A stretch of 64,000 nucleotides of DNA from Chlamydiota bacterium (lineage in GTDB: Bacteria; Chlamydiota; Chlamydiia; Chlamydiales; RGXB01). The position numbers were made by a program, and so were the translations under genes. The stretch's first letter is position 1. The number at the start of each line of letters is the position of its first letter. Of the stretch, positions 28,796-36,965 are shown one piece after another. The notes beneath the pieces are model-generated. The model was given only the letters and a program-made list of their open reading frames with translations. It was not told the origin of the DNA and made no database searches. The stretch is from assembly GCA_016866495.1 (NCBI GenBank), contig VGMG01000001.1, positions 2,550 to 66,549 of the forward strand. Reading direction: 5' to 3'.

Positions 28796-31246
28796 ATGTC
28801 TTATACGGAAAACGAACAGATTGTAAATCGTAACGTCGAAGAGGAGCTCAAGGAGAGCTACCTTAGATACTCGATGTCGGTTATTATCTCCCGCGCTCTG
28901 CCTGATGTTCGGGATGGGCTTAAACCCTCGCAGCGCAGAATTTTATACGCCATGCGCCAATTGAACCTAAGTCCTGGTGGCAAACACAGAAAATGCGCAA
29001 AAATCGCCGGTGATACCTCCGGTGACTACCATCCGCACGGTGAATCGGTAATTTATCCGACGCTTGTGCGTATGGCTCAGGATTGGGTGATGCGATATAC
29101 ACTAGTGAACGGGCAAGGAAACTTCGGCTCTATTGACGGCGATCCCCCAGCTGCGATGCGTTATACTGAAGCGAGATTGACCCATGCCTCTGTAGCGTTA
29201 ATGGAAGATCTTGATAAAGAGACTGTCGATTTTGTTCCAAACTACGATGAGACAAAGAAAGAACCGACCGTCTTTCCATCCAAATTTCCTAACCTTATTT
29301 GTAATGGCTCGTCCGGAATTGCTGTGGGAATGGCCACAAATATTCCCCCGCACAACTTGTTGGAGCTTTCTAGAGCGGTGCAGATGTTGATCGATGATCC
29401 TGGTATCACAATTGATCAGATCATGGAGGTCATGCCCGGACCCGATTTCCCAACAGGTGGGACAATTTGTGGTTACAGAGGGATCAAAGAGGCCTACTAT
29501 ACCGGACGCGGAAAACTCATGCTCAGGGGAGTGCTTCGCTCAGAAGAGATGGAGGGTGATCGCTCAAGAATTATCATTGATGAGTTGCCTTATAACGTAA
29601 ACAAGGCGCTTTTAATCGAGCGAATTGCGGAGCTTATTAATGATAAAACAATGGCAGGTATCTCTGATATTCGCGATGAGTCGGATAAGGATGGATTGAG
29701 GATCGTTTTAGATCTGAAAAGGGGAGAAATTCCTGATGTAACAATCAATCAGCTTTATAAATTTACCGATTTGCAGGTTACCTTCGGTTGCAACATGCTC
29801 GCACTGGACAATGGTTTGCCAAAAACCATGAACATCAAGCAAATGATGCAAGCATGGGTGGACCATCGAATTGAAGTAGTGCGTCGCCGTACTCGTTACG
29901 AGCTTAATAAAGCTGAGGCGCGTGCGCATATTTTAGAAGGGTATCTTAAAGCTCTTGACCATCTAGATGAGATTGTGAAGATGATACGTCAATCCTCCGA
30001 TCGGCATGTTGCTCGAGTGGAATTGATCCAAACATACCATTTCTCAGAGCGCCAAGCCGATGCGATTTTAGAGTTAAGGTTGTATCAACTTACAGGACTT
30101 GAAAGAGAAAAAATTGAGAATGAGTACAAGGATCTCATTCAAAAAATAGAGCATCTACGCGCAATTCTGGCTGATGAAAAGCTTGTTCGCGGGATAATTA
30201 AAGAGGAATTAGCCGATATTGAAAGAAATCATAAGGGTATTAGAGCAACAAAGATTGTCGCTGCGGAAGGCGAGCTTCAAATGGAAGATCTTATCCCTAA
30301 TGAGACCGTTGTCATAACGATCTCCTCTGATGACTATATTAAAAGAATGCCAATCGATACATTCCGTGAGCAAAAACGGGGTGGAAGCGGGGTGATTGGG
30401 GCAGATCTTAAAAAAGAGACCGATGCCGTCAAAGATGTCTATATTGTAGATACCCATGATACACTTTTAGTATTCACAAATTTAGGACGTTGTTACTGGC
30501 TTAAAGTTTGGCAAGTTCCTGAAGGGAACCGCCGTTCAAAAGGCAAACCCCTTATCAATCTACTGGAGGGATTGACTAAAGATGAGCGTATCGCTGCCAT
30601 CTTGAATATCAAGTCTTTTGAAGATCCCGGAGCTGTGATTTTTGCGACAAAGCAAGGAACAATCAAGAAGACTCTTCTCGATGCTTATAGTTCCCCACGT
30701 AAAAAGGGGGTATATGCTATAGCAATCGATGATGGGGATGAGGTGATAGCAGCAAGACTTGTGCACCCTGGTGAGCAGGTGATGCTGTTTACTAGAGATG
30801 GTATGGCTGTACGCTTTGATGAGGATCGCTGCCGTCCTATGGGCCGTGTTGCTCGTGGTGTTCGGGGAGTGACTCTTAAAGATAAAGAGGATTTTGTTGT
30901 CTCCTGTGAGGTCGTAAAATCGACCGACACGCTCTTGCTTGTTTGTGAAAATGGTTTTGGAAAACGTTCTGATGTTGAAGAATTCCGCCACACAAATAGA
31001 GGGGGTAAAGGTGTGAGAGCAATTATGATCAACAAGCGAAACGGTTACTTAGTTGCCGCGCTCAGGGTCGACGAAAAAGATGGAATCTTGATGATGTCTG
31101 AAGGGGGCCAAACCCTTAGAACCTCGATCAAAGATATTCGGGTTATGGGTCGCTCAACGCAAGGGGTTACTCTTGTGAATTTGGGTGTGGATGATAAGCT
31201 TGTTGCGGTCCAAAGAATCAGCGAGGGTGAAGAGAGTGGCATTTAA
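28796..31246 (+). CDS. gyrA: DNA gyrase subunit A
   Basis: SYLRYSMSVIISRALPDVRDGLKPSQRRILYAM and AAMRYTEARL (active-site Tyr region), followed by C-terminal beta-pinwheel repeats. Confidence 0.97.
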   Translation: MSYTENEQIVNRNVEEELKESYLRYSMSVIISRALPDVRDGLKPSQRRILYAMRQLNLSPGGKHRKCAKIAGDTSGDYHPHGESVIYPTLVRMAQDWVMRYTLVNGQGNFGSIDGDPPAAMRYTEARLTHASVALMEDLDKETVDFVPNYDETKKEPTVFPSKFPNLICNGSSGIAVGMATNIPPHNLLELSRAVQMLIDDPGITIDQIMEVMPGPDFPTGGTICGYRGIKEAYYTGRGKLMLRGVLRSEEMEGDRSRIIIDELPYNVNKALLIERIAELINDKTMAGISDIRDESDKDGLRIVLDLKRGEIPDVTINQLYKFTDLQVTFGCNMLALDNGLPKTMNIKQMMQAWVDHRIEVVRRRTRYELNKAEARAHILEGYLKALDHLDEIVKMIRQSSDRHVARVELIQTYHFSERQADAILELRLYQLTGLEREKIENEYKDLIQKIEHLRAILADEKLVRGIIKEELADIERNHKGIRATKIVAAEGELQMEDLIPNETVVITISSDDYIKRMPIDTFREQKRGGSGVIGADLKKETDAVKDVYIVDTHDTLLVFTNLGRCYWLKVWQVPEGNRRSKGKPLINLLEGLTKDERIAAILNIKSFEDPGAVIFATKQGTIKKTLLDAYSSPRKKGVYAIAIDDGDEVIAARLVHPGEQVMLFTRDGMAVRFDEDRCRPMGRVARGVRGVTLKDKEDFVVSCEVVKSTDTLLLVCENGFGKRSDVEEFRHTNRGGKGVRAIMINKRNGYLVAALRVDEKDGILMMSEGGQTLRTSIKDIRVMGRSTQGVTLVNLGVDDKLVAVQRISEGEESGI

Positions 31247-31856
31247 TTCGCTCTTTATTACCTTTGAAGGGATTGATGGTTGTGGAAAATCGACTCAGCT
31301 TTTGAAGGCTAAGCGATTTTTCACTGAGAATGGCTATGATGTCGTAGAGACTAGAGAGCCTGGTGGAAGCATGATAGGCCGACATTTAAGGGCGCTACTT
31401 TTGGAAGAGGGGGCCAAAATTCAGCGCTCTGAAGTTTTGTTGTTTATGCTGGATCGCTCTGAACATGTGAGGCAGGTGATTGAGCCAGCCCTTCAGCAGG
31501 GAAAGGTTGTCCTTTGTGATCGTTATATTGACTCCACTTTAGCCTATCAGCACGATTTTTCTTTTGAACTTTTGGATACTTTGAATCAATTTGCAACCGG
31601 TGGACTGAAGCCAGATTTAACTTTCTATTTTGATTTGCCTTTGGAGACAGCGATCAGTAGACGAAGATCCCGACCGGAGTCGGATAAGATCGAATCCAGG
31701 CCCCATTCCTACATGGAAAATGTCTTAGCTCGCTACACAAAGGTCTGTTTACGCGAGCCACAAAGAATTAAGGTGATACCGGCTCACCATCCAATTGAGG
31801 AGGTAACCAAGATGATGGAGGTGCATTTGAGAGGTTCTATTGCATCCAGCCCTTGA
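31236..31856 (+). CDS. tmk: Thymidylate kinase
   Basis: FITFEGIDGCGKSTQ P-loop and a DRY motif (CDRYIDSTLAYQ). The preferred start is GTG 31236, which has GAGGGTGA upstream. The track ATG 31185 would add 17 aa inside gyrA. Confidence 0.85.
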   Translation: MAFNSLFITFEGIDGCGKSTQLLKAKRFFTENGYDVVETREPGGSMIGRHLRALLLEEGAKIQRSEVLLFMLDRSEHVRQVIEPALQQGKVVLCDRYIDSTLAYQHDFSFELLDTLNQFATGGLKPDLTFYFDLPLETAISRRRSRPESDKIESRPHSYMENVLARYTKVCLREPQRIKVIPAHHPIEEVTKMMEVHLRGSIASSP

Positions 31857-32508
31857 AAACCTTAAAAATTCATCGGATCTTTTGACCCCTTTACTGATTG
31901 TCTCTGATCTTGAAGAGAATCTTTTGGAAGAGACAAGAGCCCTTTGCCGCTCTTTTTTAAAAAGAAAAGCGGTGGATCACCCCGACGTATTATTTTTTCA
32001 GCCTGAACGTGGCTCAAAAACATACTCGATGGAAACAGTCAGGTCTCTTATCCAGGAGGTAAATCTGCCCCCTTTTGAGGAGAAGTTCCGCTACTTTGTT
32101 CTAGATAAGGTGGAGATGATGCTCCCTGTGCATCAAAATGCACTTTTGAAAGTTCTGGAAGAGCATCCTCTGTTTATAAAATTTATTTTACTTACAAGCT
32201 CCACAGCCTCCTTACTACCGACGGTTCTTTCTAGATTAAAAAAGGTTTTTTTAAACGAAAAAAAATCGGTAAAAGGGGCTTTCCCCGATTTTTCCCTCCC
32301 TTTTTCGGGACTCTACCAAGCATTGCAAAATACTGAGGAGAGCTCATCTTTTGTAGAACTTGAAGGGGGTAGTGAAATTTTTGATAGCTTAGACGAGGCC
32401 TCTTTAGAGTGGACTTTAAAAGGGCAAAGAGCCGAGGAGCTCTACATCAAAAAAAAATATCTTATAGAAGCTCTTTACGCCAGGCTCAAAATACAGAACG
32501 GGTGTTAA
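31840..32508 (+). CDS. holB: DNA polymerase III delta-prime subunit (degenerate, no P-loop)
   Basis: HPDVLFFQPE...ETVRSLIQEVNLPPFEEKFRYFVLDKVEMMLPVHQNALLKVLEEHP...ILLTSSTASLLPTVLSRL matches the clamp-loader delta-prime core (sensor and SRC-like region). It follows tmk, as in many bacteria. The start is a TTG. Confidence 0.65.
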   Translation: MHPALENLKNSSDLLTPLLIVSDLEENLLEETRALCRSFLKRKAVDHPDVLFFQPERGSKTYSMETVRSLIQEVNLPPFEEKFRYFVLDKVEMMLPVHQNALLKVLEEHPLFIKFILLTSSTASLLPTVLSRLKKVFLNEKKSVKGAFPDFSLPFSGLYQALQNTEESSSFVELEGGSEIFDSLDEASLEWTLKGQRAEELYIKKKYLIEALYARLKIQNGC

Positions 32509-32555
32509 AGTATAAATCCCTTGTCTTGGGAGTTTTTGTTGGGTATACTATCCGG

Positions 32556-32972
32556 ATGTCTCTCAATCAATCTAAATTTCGAGAAATCGTTTTTCATTTT
32601 TTATTTGCTCGCCCCCAAACTACAGACGAGGTAGATCTATTAGTAAAATCTTTAATGCACTTTCATAAGACCACAAAAAAAAATGTGATGGAGGCTTTTA
32701 GCCGTTATGAAAAAATTTTGCAAAGTGTAGAAACTATCGATCAGGCTATTCAAAAAACTTCAAAAGAATATGATGCTGATAGAATCACAAAGGCAGAAAA
32801 AGTAGCAATAGAGCTATGCGCTTATGAGATGCTTTATGATGAACAGATACCTGAAAAGGTAGCGATTTCTGAGGCGATTCGATTAACCAAAAAATATGGG
32901 AGTAAGGAGGGCGCCGGATATGTCAACGCGATTATGGATACCCTCTATAATAACCGAGAACAAGAGTCTTAA
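32556..32972 (+). CDS. nusB: Transcription antitermination factor NusB
   Basis: From ATG 32556: MSLNQSKFREIVFHFLF...ADRITKAEKVAIELCAYEMLYDEQIPEKVAISEAIRLTKKYGSKEGAGYVNAIMD, which is the NusB fold pattern. The upstream 49 codons in the track lie inside holB. Confidence 0.75.
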   Translation: MSLNQSKFREIVFHFLFARPQTTDEVDLLVKSLMHFHKTTKKNVMEAFSRYEKILQSVETIDQAIQKTSKEYDADRITKAEKVAIELCAYEMLYDEQIPEKVAISEAIRLTKKYGSKEGAGYVNAIMDTLYNNREQES

Positions 32973-33831
32973 GCCTTACACAACGATGAAAGTAGGGGGG
33001 GAAGCCCGTTATTTTGCAGAGGTAAAAACTGTTGAAGAGCTAAAAGAAGTTCTCTTGTTTAAAAAAAGGGTGAACCTACCCCTTTTTATCCTAGGAAAAG
33101 GTTCTAATCTGATTTTGGGAGAGGGCAATCTTGAGGCGATCTTTGTTCTGAATCGAATCCAATTTTTTTCTTTCGATTCTGATGCAGTGACAGTCGGGTC
33201 TGGGGTAAATGTCTCTTATCTTGCACAGAAAGTTTCGAAAATGGGGCTTGGGGGGCTAGAGTTTTTTTCGGGTATTCCCGGAACAGTTGGGGGGTGTATT
33301 GTGATGAACGCCGGTGCCTCAAAAAAAGAAACTGCGAGCGCTCTTTTAGAGGTTACTACTCTAGATGAGGAGCTAAAAGAGCGTACTTACTCTGTTGATG
33401 AGCTCGAGTTTGGGTATCGAAAAAGCCCTTTTTTGAAAAGAGATGAGAGTATTATCTTTGCAAAATTTCGGCTTTTTATGGATATCGAGGCTGAGGAAAA
33501 AAGGCATGCAATATTAACTCATCGATTAAAGACGCAACCTTATACGGTCCCAACGGCTGGGTGCATGTTTAGAAATCCTTCGGGTCACTCTGCAGGACAG
33601 CTTATTGATTCCTGCGGACTTAAGGGGCTTGAGGTGGGGGGGGTGCGTGTTTCACAAAAACATGCCAATTTTTTTGAAAATGTACAAAACGCCTCTGCAA
33701 AAAATATTCTTGATCTGGTAGAGCGCGTCCGATATGAGGTAAAAAAACAAACAGGAATAGAGTTAGAGTTAGAAGTACTTCCATGTTTTACGACTTGCAC
33801 ACCCATACAACAGCATCCGATGGGCAGCTAA
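32920..33831 (+). CDS. murB: UDP-N-acetylenolpyruvoylglucosamine reductase
   Basis: LKPYTTMKVGGEARYFAEV, GKGSNLI, the FAD-binding domain, and the C-terminal GVRVSQKHANFF. The start is uncertain (ATG 32896 or 32920) and overlaps the nusB 3' end. Confidence 0.85.
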   Translation: MSTRLWIPSIITENKSLKPYTTMKVGGEARYFAEVKTVEELKEVLLFKKRVNLPLFILGKGSNLILGEGNLEAIFVLNRIQFFSFDSDAVTVGSGVNVSYLAQKVSKMGLGGLEFFSGIPGTVGGCIVMNAGASKKETASALLEVTTLDEELKERTYSVDELEFGYRKSPFLKRDESIIFAKFRLFMDIEAEEKRHAILTHRLKTQPYTVPTAGCMFRNPSGHSAGQLIDSCGLKGLEVGGVRVSQKHANFFENVQNASAKNILDLVERVRYEVKKQTGIELELEVLPCFTTCTPIQQHPMGS

Positions 33832-34592
33832 CCCCTTTTGAGCTCATTGACGAGGCTGTAAAAAGGGGGCTTCCCGGTATTTGTATTACAGATCACGATA
33901 CGATTGATGCGTATACCAAGGATGTTTTCGGTTATGCACAAAAAAAGGGGATATTTCTTGGCACCGGGATCGAAATCTCTACAGTTTTTAATGAGACCTC
34001 GGTTCATATTTTAGGATATGATATAGACATCAACTCTTTAGCTATGAACCGTTTTATTCATCAGACGCAGGCGAGTCGTGTGGATCGAAATAGAAAAATG
34101 GTCGAGCTTTTGAGAGAGCTTGGTTATAGACTCGATTGGGAAGACAAAGAGAATTTAGGTCGGCCCCATATAGCACAAAAATTGATTGAGAAGGGCTATT
34201 TTACGAATATGCGTGATGCTTTTGACCTTTTATTAGGTGAAGGTAAACCCGCTTTTGTCATGGGTGAGTTTCCCTCTACATTAGAGGGTATTCAACTCAT
34301 TCACGAGGCGAAAGGGAAAGCTTTTTTAGCGCATCCTCACGTACTCAAACCCAAAAAGCTTGTGCGTAAATTATTAGAGCTCCCTTTTGATGGTATGGAG
34401 GTCAATTATGGGGCTTTTTCCAGAGACGACAATATCTATTTCGAAGTTTTAGCAAAGAGTAAAAAGCTGCTTATAAGTGGCGGAACAGATCACCATGGAT
34501 TACAAACCATTCCTCAGCTGGGAGAACGTGGAATTGGCCTTAAAGAGGTCAAAGAGATTTTCCCCTCAAAATTTGAAAAAGTCCTTACCTAA
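33783..34592 (+). CDS. PHP-domain phosphoesterase (TrpH/YciV-like)
   Basis: MFYDLHTHTTASDGQLTP...CITDHDT...GIEIS...HILGY...AHP...GGTDHHG are the PHP metal-binding motifs, in the expected order. Confidence 0.8.
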   Translation: MFYDLHTHTTASDGQLTPFELIDEAVKRGLPGICITDHDTIDAYTKDVFGYAQKKGIFLGTGIEISTVFNETSVHILGYDIDINSLAMNRFIHQTQASRVDRNRKMVELLRELGYRLDWEDKENLGRPHIAQKLIEKGYFTNMRDAFDLLLGEGKPAFVMGEFPSTLEGIQLIHEAKGKAFLAHPHVLKPKKLVRKLLELPFDGMEVNYGAFSRDDNIYFEVLAKSKKLLISGGTDHHGLQTIPQLGERGIGLKEVKEIFPSKFEKVLT

Positions 34593-35637
34593 GCCCTGTT
34601 TTTTATCCATTCATGTCATCGGCACGAATGGTAAAGGATCGGTAAGCTATAAAATTGCCTACGCATTAGAAAAGGCGGGATTCAAAGTAGGTCTTCTGAC
34701 CTCTCCGCATTTAGAGTGTATAACAGAGCGCATCCAGATCAATCGAAAACCCATAGACTTGAAAACATACCAAAAAATTTGGACTGCAATCCCTTTTGAA
34801 GAGGGCTGGTACATGCATTTGTTTTTAGTCGCGCTCCAGTATTTTCAACAAAATTGCGTAGATTTTGTGGTTTTAGAGGCGGGGATGGGTGCAAGGCTGG
34901 ATCCAATTCGTCTGATCGACCCTTTTTTGACTGTAATCACATCAATAGGATATGACCACACCCAGGATCTTGGGAATACTTTAGAGAAAATTGCTCTAGA
35001 AAAGGGGGCTTTGTTCACAAAAGATCTAGTGATCTCTTCACAGGCTTTGACACCAACAATCCTGACACTGGCTCTTAAAAGGCAAACGAATGTTGCTATC
35101 GCACAAACGGATGAAAACGACTATCAATCTTCAAACACCTTTACAGCCATGAAAGCGATAGAATTTTTTAAAAAAAAGGGGATTATCCCTGTCTCAATTG
35201 ATTTTAAAGAGCTGTACGAGGTCGTTCCAATGGGGAGGTTTGAAGAGATAAAAAAAGGGGTCATTTTAGATGTTGCGCACAATCCACAAGGACTAGAGGC
35301 TCTGATGAAGAAATGTCGTCAAAAATATCCTGTTGGTGGAATGTTGATTATTGGCGGATACAAAGACAAAGATCTGGTTTCAGTACTAAAAAATACCCAC
35401 GAGGTTTTTTCTAAGATCTTTGTGTGCGATTTGGCAAAAAAAGATCCGAGGATGCTAGCTCAAGAAACGCTCAAAATGCAAATAGAAATGATCACAAAAA
35501 GAGAGGTTTTATCAGTCGAAGATCCTTTTAAACAGGCCTATTTCGAAAAAGATGAAGAGAGGTACCTTCTAGTGTGTGGAGGATTTCAAATAGTAAAAGA
35601 GGCAAAAAAAAGGTTTAAAGATTTCCCAGATCGGTAA
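34477..35637 (+). CDS. folC: Folylpolyglutamate synthase / dihydrofolate synthase (Mur-ligase family)
   Basis: IHVIGTNGKGSVS P-loop, EAGMGARLD, ITSIGYDH and DVAHNPQG. The start is uncertain (ATG 34477 or 34495, or a later TTG). The ATG options overlap the PHP gene by 98-116 nt. Confidence 0.75.
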   Translation: MAEQITMDYKPFLSWENVELALKRSKRFSPQNLKKSLPKPCFLSIHVIGTNGKGSVSYKIAYALEKAGFKVGLLTSPHLECITERIQINRKPIDLKTYQKIWTAIPFEEGWYMHLFLVALQYFQQNCVDFVVLEAGMGARLDPIRLIDPFLTVITSIGYDHTQDLGNTLEKIALEKGALFTKDLVISSQALTPTILTLALKRQTNVAIAQTDENDYQSSNTFTAMKAIEFFKKKGIIPVSIDFKELYEVVPMGRFEEIKKGVILDVAHNPQGLEALMKKCRQKYPVGGMLIIGGYKDKDLVSVLKNTHEVFSKIFVCDLAKKDPRMLAQETLKMQIEMITKREVLSVEDPFKQAYFEKDEERYLLVCGGFQIVKEAKKRFKDFPDR

Positions 35638-36181
35638 AATCTTGTTCCATAAGGTCTATTTCTTCTTGAGTTAAATAAGGGCTTCTTGCCCCTTTTGTGA
35701 CAGTAAGCTCAGCCAGTTGTGCCAAAGCCTGTATAATGGGGGTTTTTTGGGCTTGTACTGTGCGTATATCCATAGCCTTGACTAGTTGCACCAAATCACC
35801 ACCTGCTCTTTCTATCTCTTGATAAAGAGCCCATTTGACATCACTTGATAAAAGCTCCAGACGCTGAATAAACTCTAGAAGGTGGTCTTGTAAAATCAGC
35901 TGCAGAAGTTCAAAAAGCATTTCGGCTACGTCCGCTCTTTGAAGATCGTCTAAATCTTCAAAAGGGTCCTCCTCCATTTTATTGGTAGCACGAGCGATGT
36001 CTTGTCGCTCTTGAGAAGAAAGGCTCTCTTTTTTTCTTAACTGTATGACAAGAGCATCAGTAGGTAAACCCATTTTGGCAATTTTCTGAATTTTTTGAAT
36101 TGTCCTACTTACGGCATTTTCCTTTGAGGAAATAGAGTGCGGTTCATCCATAAAATACCCGTGGGGAAACTTTACCATCAT
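35615..36181 (-). CDS. Hypothetical acidic helical protein
   Basis: 188-aa ORF with no recognisable motif. Its 3' end overlaps the folC 3' end by 23 nt in convergent orientation. Confidence 0.4.
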   Translation of the reverse strand: MMVKFPHGYFMDEPHSISSKENAVSRTIQKIQKIAKMGLPTDALVIQLRKKESLSSQERQDIARATNKMEEDPFEDLDDLQRADVAEMLFELLQLILQDHLLEFIQRLELLSSDVKWALYQEIERAGGDLVQLVKAMDIRTVQAQKTPIIQALAQLAELTVTKGARSPYLTQEEIDLMEQDFTDLGNL

Positions 36182-36228
36182 AATTGCTGATCCTAAGCGA
36201 CTTTCCGAGTTATCTGCAATCTAATTTC

Positions 36229-36258
36229 TTGATAAAAAAGGGGGGGTGAGGGTATGAT
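36229..36258 (+). promoter_or_regulatory. Putative promoter of tRNA-Val (TTGATA-18 nt-TATGAT)
   Basis: TTGATA at 36229..36234 and TATGAT at 36253..36258. The tRNA begins 15 nt downstream. The spacer contains a G7 run. Confidence 0.35.
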
Positions 36259-36272
36259 GGTGGGCGACTTTT

Positions 36273-36346
36273 GGGGTGCTAGCTCAGTTGGTTAGAGCGT
36301 TACGTTGACATCGTAAAGGTCAGTGGTTCGAGTCCACTGCATCCCA
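36273..36346 (+). tRNA. tRNA-Val (anticodon GAC)
   Basis: Folded manually. Acceptor stem GGGGTGC/GCATCCC (one G-T pair); D arm GCTC-AGTTGGTTA-GAGC; anticodon arm TTACG-TTGACAT-CGTAA; T arm AGTGG-TTCGAGT-CCACT; discriminator A. The CCA end is not encoded. Confidence 0.9.
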
Positions 36347-36363
36347 AGTTTTCTTAAAGCGAA

Positions 36364-36921
36364 TTAAATAAATTTTTGAACATTCTCTAGAATCCAGGTT
36401 ACTCTTGACTCAATTGTCCCTTTTGGAACCTCGATGAGCTCATAGTGGTATTTATAATAGACGTCTTGAACGCACTTAGAGGCAACCACTGAATCCTCAA
36501 AGCTCTCTTCTCTTTCAGGGTCTGTTTCAAATATCTCTTCCCAGGGGGGGAAAAAAAAGACTTTTTTATTATAGATAAGCTCATTGGACAGCTTATCTAT
36601 ACTTTTGCTATGAGGCGTTTTTCTATAGGCATCAAAGGCAAGAATATCGAGAATACCTCGATCAAAAAAAGCAATTTTTTTAGGGTCGAGGTGCGCTTTT
36701 TTGTAGAATTCAATGTCTTTTTCAAGGACTTTGTCTCTAAATAAAATCAGATCTTTTTTGGGGTGCGCTTTATGTAATCCGGTATTGGCTCCACGCATAA
36801 GGGATCTAGCTGACTCAGGAAAAGTTCGAAACCCTTTTTTGTGAAGCGCTGCCAAAGTGGTCGATTTGCCAACTCCAGGCCCACCTGTGAAGACAAAAAA
36901 AGGGGGAGAACTTCTTTCCAT
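36364..36921 (-). CDS. P-loop ATPase/kinase (AAA_28, NadR-kinase-like family)
   Basis: FVFTGGPGVGKSTTLAALHKKGFRTFPESAR (Walker A followed by E-x-A-R) and FFDRGILD (Walker B-like). The 185-aa size and pattern fit the AAA_28 predicted ATPases. Confidence 0.6.
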   Translation of the reverse strand: MERSSPPFFVFTGGPGVGKSTTLAALHKKGFRTFPESARSLMRGANTGLHKAHPKKDLILFRDKVLEKDIEFYKKAHLDPKKIAFFDRGILDILAFDAYRKTPHSKSIDKLSNELIYNKKVFFFPPWEEIFETDPEREESFEDSVVASKCVQDVYYKYHYELIEVPKGTIESRVTWILENVQKFI

Positions 36922-36965
36922 ATTTCCTTTTTAACCGAATCGGATTTTAGAAAAAAAGAGAAAGA

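Noticed and set aside
30560-31242. Three minus-strand ORFs antisense to the gyrA 3' half
   Set aside because: They are shadow ORFs inside a highly conserved gene, with no start context or motifs.
33636-33643. G8 homopolymer in murB (and G7 and C7 runs in dnaA, the AAA_28 gene and others)
   Set aside because: These tracts lie in essential or ordinary genes and encode Gly-Gly or Pro-Pro. They probably reflect a general sequence habit of the genome rather than contingency loci. They are used only as a caveat for the G9 tract in the F-box gene.
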